A DNA stretch of 64,000 bases. It comes from an uncultured delta proteobacterium. GTDB lineage: Bacteria; Desulfobacterota; Binatia; DP-6. Below are positions 58,930 through 64,000 of the stretch, in pieces. A program made the position numbers and the translations under genes. The stretch spans positions 32,001-96,000 of the forward strand of contig CAWFFN010000012.1 in assembly GCA_963815115.1 (NCBI GenBank), given 5' to 3'. Under the pieces are notes generated by a model. That model searched no databases, was not told where the DNA came from, and was given only the letters and a program-made list of their open reading frames with translations. The number at the start of each line of letters is the position of its first letter. The stretch's first letter is position 1.

Positions 58930-58945
58930 CGGACCGGATATTGCT
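58930..58945 (+). promoter_or_regulatory. sigma54 promoter
   Basis: CGGACCG-GATA-TTGCT; predicted +1 ~58956, ATG 58961. Confidence 0.55.
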
Positions 58946-58960
58946 CCACCTGGAGAGTCG

Positions 58961-60388
58961 ATGGCCTTCCAGTACCACGAACGGCTGTCCGCGTTGGATG
59001 CGAGCTTCCTCGCGCTCGAGGATGTGAGCTGCCACATGCACATCGGCGCGGTGTCGATATTCGACGGCGGCGCCTTGACGCTGCCCGGAGGAGGCATCGA
59101 CATCGATCGCATCCGTGCTCTCGTCGAGGCGGGACTCCATCGCATCCCGCGCTATCGCCAGCGACTTGCCCACGTGCCCCTCGTCGGCCATCCCGTGTGG
59201 GTCGACGACCCCTGCTTCAACCTGGCGTATCACGTCCGGCACACGCATCTGCCGTGCCCCGGGGACACGCGCCAGTTGAAGCGCCTGGTCGGCCGTCTGA
59301 TGTCCCAGCAGCTCGACCGCGGAAAGCCCCTCTGGGAGCTCTGGGTGGTGGAGGGGCTCGAAGGCGGCCGCTTCGCGTTCGTCAACAAGGTTCACCATTG
59401 CATGATCGACGGCGTCGGAAGCGTCGAGCTGACCGGCACGGTCATGCAGCGTACGCCCGAGCACGACCCGCGCCTAGACGAGCCGCCGCCCCGCTGGCTG
59501 CCAAGACCTGCGCCGACCGCCGGGCGCCTGCTGGCAGACGAGCTCCTGCACCGCGCGCGCGCGCCACTCGCCGCGGTCACGGTTGCGGGGCGCGCCATCG
59601 CCTCGCCGGGGCAGGCCTGGAATGCGGCGACCACCACGGTCCAGGGCCTGGCGGAAGCCCTGAGCGGGGGTCTGCACCCGGCCTCGCCCTCTCCGCTCAA
59701 CGTCGAGATCGGACCGCACCGGCGGTTCGACTGGACCGAGATGGACCTGGGCAGGATCCGCGAGATGAAGGCCCGCTACGGCGGGACGGTGAACGACGTC
59801 GTGCTCGCGATCCTCTCCGGCGCGCTCCGGCGCTTTCTGCGCCGGCGCAGCGTCGACGTCGACGGGCTCGAGTTCCGTGCCATGCTTCCGGTCAACGTGC
59901 GCACCGCTACCGATCAGCGAGACCTGGGGAACCGGGTGGCGATGCTGGTGGCACGGCTGCCCCTCGATGAGCGCGACCCGCAGCAGCGGCTGGCCCGCAT
60001 CGTGGAGGAGACCCAGCGTGTGAAGCACTCGCACCAGGCGGCTGGCGTGCAGACGCTCGAGGCGCTCAGCGATCAGACCTTCACCACGCTCTTCACGGAA
60101 TTCGGCCGGCTCGCCGCCCGCTCCCGCCCGTTCAACCTGGTCGTGACCAACGTGCCCGGACCGCAGTTCCCCGTCTACGTCCTGGGCTCGCGGATGCGGG
60201 TCAGCTACCCCCTCGTCCCGCTCTTCCGCGGCCAGGCGCTCGGCGTCGCGCTCTTCAGCTACGACGGCCGGCTCTTCTGGGGGTTCAACGCCGACTGGGA
60301 CGCGATCCCGGACCTTCACGAGCTGGTGACCACCGTGGACGGCGAGCTCGAGGCGCTGGCCGGCACGGCCGCCGCCGTCCCCTCGTGA
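58961..60388 (+). CDS. WS/DGAT #3
   Basis: LSALDASFL, HHCMIDG, VTNVPGP; closely similar to #1. Confidence 0.93.
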   Translation: MAFQYHERLSALDASFLALEDVSCHMHIGAVSIFDGGALTLPGGGIDIDRIRALVEAGLHRIPRYRQRLAHVPLVGHPVWVDDPCFNLAYHVRHTHLPCPGDTRQLKRLVGRLMSQQLDRGKPLWELWVVEGLEGGRFAFVNKVHHCMIDGVGSVELTGTVMQRTPEHDPRLDEPPPRWLPRPAPTAGRLLADELLHRARAPLAAVTVAGRAIASPGQAWNAATTTVQGLAEALSGGLHPASPSPLNVEIGPHRRFDWTEMDLGRIREMKARYGGTVNDVVLAILSGALRRFLRRRSVDVDGLEFRAMLPVNVRTATDQRDLGNRVAMLVARLPLDERDPQQRLARIVEETQRVKHSHQAAGVQTLEALSDQTFTTLFTEFGRLAARSRPFNLVVTNVPGPQFPVYVLGSRMRVSYPLVPLFRGQALGVALFSYDGRLFWGFNADWDAIPDLHELVTTVDGELEALAGTAAAVPS

Positions 60389-60417
60389 CGGCGTTCGCAA
60401 CCGAGAGGGTTCCGATC

Positions 60418-61872
60418 ATGGCCGACGCGCATCACGAACGGCTCACCGCGCTCGACGCGACCTTCCTCGGCGTCGAGGATCGCTGCTCCCACATGCACAT
60501 CGGGTCGGTGGGCGTGTTCGAGGCCGGGCCCGCCGCGGGCCCCGGCGGCTCCCTCGACTTCGACCGCATCCGCCGGCTCGTGTCCGTGGTGCTCGACGGC
60601 GTGCCACGGTATCGCCAGCGCGTCGAGACGATGCCGCTCCTCGGGCACCCGGTGTGGGTGGACGATGCGTCCTTCAATCCTCGCTACCATCTGCGGCACA
60701 CGCGCCTGCCGAGCCCGGGCGACGAGCGTCAGCTGAAGCGCCTCGTCGGCCGGCTCATGTCCCAGCAGCTCGACCGGGGAAAGCCGCTGTGGGAGACGTG
60801 GTTCATCGAGGGACTCGAGGGCGATCGCTTCGCGGTGGTCTCGAAGGTGCATCACTGCATGGTGGACGGCATCGGGGGCGTCGAGATGACGACCGCGACG
60901 ATGCGCGTCGAGCCGGGAGACGATCCCCGCCTCGACGCGCCGGTCCGAGCCTTCACGGCGCGACCGCGACCGGCGGGCCGCGACCTCGTGCTCGCCGAGC
61001 TGCGGCACCGGCTGGGAGGAGCCGCCGGCTTCGTCGGCGGCGCTGCACGCGCCCTCCTGTCGCCCGGCCGGGCCGTGGACGCCCTCGCCGGCACCTTCGC
61101 TGGACTGGCGGCGAGCGTCGGCACGAGCTTCCGGTCGGCATCGCCCACCCCGCTCAACGTCGAGATCGGACCTCACCGCCGCTTCGACTGGACGACGATG
61201 GACCTGGCCACGGTGAAGGCGGTGAAGGGCCGCCTCGGTGGCACGGTCAACGACGTCGTGCTGGCCGTGGTCGCGGGTGCGATGCGGCGCTATCTCGGCG
61301 GCCACGGGGTGGAGGTCGATCGTCTGGACTTTCGCGCCATGGTGCCCGTCAACCTGCGAGCCGGACCCGAGGGCGTCGGCAACCGGGTGGCGAGCGTGGT
61401 TGCCCGTCTGCCCGTCGACGAGCCCGATCCGGGTCGCCGCCTCGAGCGCGTCCGCCGCGAGACGGAGACCGTGAAGCACTCGCACCAGGTCGACGTGCTC
61501 CAGGCGATCGAGGACATCACCGACTGGAGCTTCACGACGCTGCTCAGCCAGACGGCCCGGCTCGCGACGATGTCGCAGCCCTTCAACCTGGTGGTGACCA
61601 ACGTTCCCGGGCCACAGTTTCCGCTCTACTTCCTGGGCGCGCGCATGCTCGAGGCCTATCCGTTCGTGCCCATCTTTCACTACCAGGCGCTCGGCATCGC
61701 GCTGTTCAGCTACGACGGGCGGCTCTTCTGGGGCTTCGACGCCGACTGGGACGCGGTGCCCGACCTGCACGGTCTCGTCGGCGCCGTCGACGAGGAGTTC
61801 CGGCTACTCGGCACGGCGGCGGGTCTCGACCCTGGTGGCGAGGGGGAGCGCGAGACGGCCCATGGGTCGTAG
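60418..61872 (+). CDS. WS/DGAT #4
   Basis: LTALDATFL, HHCMVDG, VTNVPGP; alternative GTG start at 60385 overlapping the upstream stop. Confidence 0.93.
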   Translation: MADAHHERLTALDATFLGVEDRCSHMHIGSVGVFEAGPAAGPGGSLDFDRIRRLVSVVLDGVPRYRQRVETMPLLGHPVWVDDASFNPRYHLRHTRLPSPGDERQLKRLVGRLMSQQLDRGKPLWETWFIEGLEGDRFAVVSKVHHCMVDGIGGVEMTTATMRVEPGDDPRLDAPVRAFTARPRPAGRDLVLAELRHRLGGAAGFVGGAARALLSPGRAVDALAGTFAGLAASVGTSFRSASPTPLNVEIGPHRRFDWTTMDLATVKAVKGRLGGTVNDVVLAVVAGAMRRYLGGHGVEVDRLDFRAMVPVNLRAGPEGVGNRVASVVARLPVDEPDPGRRLERVRRETETVKHSHQVDVLQAIEDITDWSFTTLLSQTARLATMSQPFNLVVTNVPGPQFPLYFLGARMLEAYPFVPIFHYQALGIALFSYDGRLFWGFDADWDAVPDLHGLVGAVDEEFRLLGTAAGLDPGGEGERETAHGS

Positions 61873-62057
61873 CTCCGGGTCGGGCGCTCACCACTGGCGC
61901 GAGCACGAGGCCCGACCAGCGAGAACCTCGAGGTCGAGGCCAGCCACCCGGGCATCGGCCACACCCACGTTCCGGAGTGCGACTCTGGAGCTGAGAACGG
62001 CCTGCGTGTGGGCCGGTCAGCACGGATTGGGACGGAGCCTTGAGCATGCCACGTTTT

Positions 62058-62083
62058 GCCGCGCCGGCTTTGCCGGGCGCGGC
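62058..62083. terminator. GC-rich hairpin between convergent genes
   Basis: GCCGCGCCGGC-TTT-GCCGGGCGCGGC with one bulge; no clear U tract. Confidence 0.3.
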
Positions 62084-62157
62084 ACGGCGTCCGCTCGATT
62101 CGCCGAACGCCACACGCTCGCCTCCGCTTTCGACCCGAGACGAAGCCTCGAGTCGCC

Positions 62158-63468
62158 CTACCAGGCCGGCGAGGTCTCGACCCGGTCGGACGGTGCGGCG
62201 GCTGGACTCAGGGCAGCGCGGGCACGCCAGCGGTCGCCCGCGCTCGCCAGGACGGCGCCGCCGATCTTCAAGATCCGCATGTCGCCGAACGGCGTGCCGA
62301 GACCGCTGTTCACGATCAGCCCGACCGCGAGGTTTCGTCGCGGGTCGGCCCACGCCCCGGAGCCGCCGAGCCCGAAGTGTCCGAACGCCTGGCGCGGCAC
62401 CCCGCGCATGGTGAGGACGCCGTGGTATCCGAGCCGCCACCCCATGTCGAAGGGGATGACGAGTCCTCGGCGGACGGGTGATTGCACTTCGGTCGCGCGG
62501 GCCAGCGCGCCCGGCGAGAGAAGCCGCACGCCATCGATCGTGCCGCCTCCCGCGAGGGCCGCGTACATCTTCGCCAGCGATCTGGCAGTGAAGAGCCCGT
62601 TCGCGGCCGGGATGGAGACGCGCAGGGTTTCCTCGGCACCGAAGTCGAAGCTGCTGATCCCGCGCGGCATGAGCGCGTCGGCGATGCTGGCGAGGTCGAG
62701 ACGAACGCCGACGAGGTCGAGCACATGCTGTATCGCCCACGCCGGCCACGCGAGGAGCTCGGGAGCCTCGAGGCCGTTCAGTCGCAAGCGGCCGAGAGTG
62801 CCCGGAGCGAGGAAGCTGGTCTCCGGCCAGATCAGCTCGGCCGCACGATGCAGCTGGTCACGCGGGGCGCCGACGTACATGCCGTCGAGACCGAGCGGCT
62901 CGGCGATCAGCTCGCGCACGAGCTGCGAGAAGCGCTGGCCGGTCACCCGCTGCGCGATCTCTCCCACGAGATACCCGTAGGTGAGGCCGTGATACCCGGT
63001 GCGCGTGCCCGGCTCGTAGTCGGGCGTGGCACGCTCGATCGCCTGGATCATGTAGTCCCAGTCGAGCATGCGCTCGGCGTGATCGACCATGCGGCGGATG
63101 TGGTGCAGCCCCGACTGGTGCGCCAGGACGTGGCGCACGGTGATCCGCTCCTTCCCGGCCTGGGCGAACTCCGGCCAGTAGCTGGCGACCGGACGGTCGT
63201 AGTCGACGAGGCCGCGGTCGGCGAGGATGTGGACCACGGTGGAGGCGACGCCCTTCGTGGTCGAGAAGCTCGGCGCCATCGTGTCGCGCCGCCAGAGGGT
63301 GCCCTGCCGGTCGCGGTATCCGCCCCACAGGTCGACCACGCATCCGCCGTCCTGGTACACGCAGACTGCCGCGCCGCCGGTATATTGCCCGAGGATGCTC
63401 CGGAACGCGCGCGCGACGGGGATGAAATCCGGGTGGACGAACCCGTCGACGTGGACGCCGCCGCTCAC
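62158..63468 (-). CDS. Beta-lactamase-fold serine hydrolase/esterase
   Basis: FSTTK (SxxK), YWPEF, LAHQSGL, GYHGLTYG, FGHFGLGGS; GTG start chosen because it lies downstream of the promoter. Confidence 0.88.
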   Translation of the reverse strand: MSGGVHVDGFVHPDFIPVARAFRSILGQYTGGAAVCVYQDGGCVVDLWGGYRDRQGTLWRRDTMAPSFSTTKGVASTVVHILADRGLVDYDRPVASYWPEFAQAGKERITVRHVLAHQSGLHHIRRMVDHAERMLDWDYMIQAIERATPDYEPGTRTGYHGLTYGYLVGEIAQRVTGQRFSQLVRELIAEPLGLDGMYVGAPRDQLHRAAELIWPETSFLAPGTLGRLRLNGLEAPELLAWPAWAIQHVLDLVGVRLDLASIADALMPRGISSFDFGAEETLRVSIPAANGLFTARSLAKMYAALAGGGTIDGVRLLSPGALARATEVQSPVRRGLVIPFDMGWRLGYHGVLTMRGVPRQAFGHFGLGGSGAWADPRRNLAVGLIVNSGLGTPFGDMRILKIGGAVLASAGDRWRARAALSPAAAPSDRVETSPAW

Positions 63469-63490
63469 AAAGGACACCGGTCGTTTTTCG

Positions 63491-63506
63491 AGCAAGAAGC
63501 GAACCG
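63491..63506 (-). promoter_or_regulatory. sigma54 promoter
   Basis: CGGTTCG-CTTC-TTGCT; paired degenerate UAS ATCCCA-TTTC-TGGAAC at 63546-63561 (~74 bp). Confidence 0.5.
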
Positions 63507-63576
63507 CTCGGGAAGGCAAGGGACCTGCGCCCGCGGGGCGGCTCCATCCCATTTCTGGAACGAGCCAGCCGCCGGG

Positions 63577-63592
63577 TTCTCACCGCCGGGAA
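63577..63592. promoter_or_regulatory. Putative bEBP UAS
   Basis: TTCTCA-CCGC-CGGGAA, centre ~64 bp upstream of +1. Confidence 0.6.
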
Positions 63593-63622
63593 CGGCAGTG
63601 CGGGCCCTCCGCCCCCGTGCCA

Positions 63623-63638
63623 TGGCACGGCTCGTGCA
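63623..63638 (+). promoter_or_regulatory. sigma54 promoter
   Basis: TGGCACG-GCTC-GTGCA; predicted +1 ~63649, ATG 63651. Confidence 0.7.
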
Positions 63639-63650
63639 CAGCCAGGAGGC

Positions 63651-63809
63651 ATGACGCCGAGGAGCAGGTTCCCGGACCGGCCACTGCGTCTCGGGGCGGT
63701 CGGTGATGCCGAGGGTCGGCTCGATGCCGACCGCTTCTATCGCCACCAGGAGAACGTCCAGGCCTTCTTCGACGCGGCGGGCCGGCTCGAGACGCGCTTT
63801 GCCGCGTGA
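63651..63809 (+). CDS. Small hypothetical protein (52 aa), absent from the ORF track
   Basis: MTPRSRFPDRPLRLGAVGDAEGRLDADRFYRHQENVQAFFDAAGRLETRFAA; fills the gap between promoter and next gene. Confidence 0.5.
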   Translation: MTPRSRFPDRPLRLGAVGDAEGRLDADRFYRHQENVQAFFDAAGRLETRFAA

Positions 63810-63822
63810 AGGGAGTCTCGCC

Positions 63823-64000
63823 ATGGCGATCAGCAGCCGATTGTCGGCGATGGATGCCGCGTTCCTCTATCTCGAGCGCCCGGACCAGAAGCTCCACGTG
63901 GGCTGTCTGTCGTTGCTCGACGGCCCGGTGCCGTTCGACGCCTTCACCGACCTGATCGTCCAGCGGCTCGAGCAGCTGCCACGCTACGCGCAGCGCCCGG
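63823..64000 (+). CDS. WS/DGAT #5 (runs off the window)
   Basis: MAISSRLSAMDAAFLYLERPDQKLHVGCLSLLDG...LPRYAQRP; GGGAG SD. Confidence 0.85.
   Translation, partial: MAISSRLSAMDAAFLYLERPDQKLHVGCLSLLDGPVPFDAFTDLIVQRLEQLPRYAQRP

Noticed and set aside
62158-63468. Beta-lactam resistance gene
   Set aside because: The SxxK fold is shared with family VIII esterases; no signal peptide and a lipid context favour an esterase.

Overview
Very GC-rich bacterial DNA; gene content suggests an uncultured Deltaproteobacteria/Ca. Binatia-like organism (inference). About 42 real CDSs form one apparent low-oxygen/dormancy and lipid-storage island. (1) Sensors: a FixL-like heme-PAS/GAF kinase, a globin-coupled kinase and a sigma54 (NtrC-family) activator. 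(2) Stress cargo resembling the mycobacterial DosR regulon: USPs, CBS proteins, an Rv2004c-like and a PRTase-like protein, and a group 3b [NiFe]-hydrogenase. (3) Central carbon enzymes: GAPDH, pyruvate kinase, PFOR and a GNAT-acyl-CoA synthetase. (4) A lipid-synthesis operon: acyl-CoA dehydrogenase, a 2729-aa KS-AT-KS-ACPx3-KR-DH synthase, a single-chain acetyl-CoA carboxylase, an Sfp-type PPTase and a phasin-like protein. (5) Five WS/DGAT paralogues plus lipases. Two signals read directly from the DNA stand out. First, all three ACP domains carry Thr (LGVDTVK) at the normally invariant phosphopantetheine Ser. Second, 16 sigma54-type -24/-12 promoters are each paired with a 16-bp palindrome (TTCNSA-N4-TSNGAA) centred about 54/64/75/95 bp upstream of the predicted start site, and many of these transcripts look leaderless. 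Several frameshifts are probably sequencing indels. No rRNA, tRNA, CRISPR array or mobile element was seen. All calls are from motif reading by eye, without database searches.
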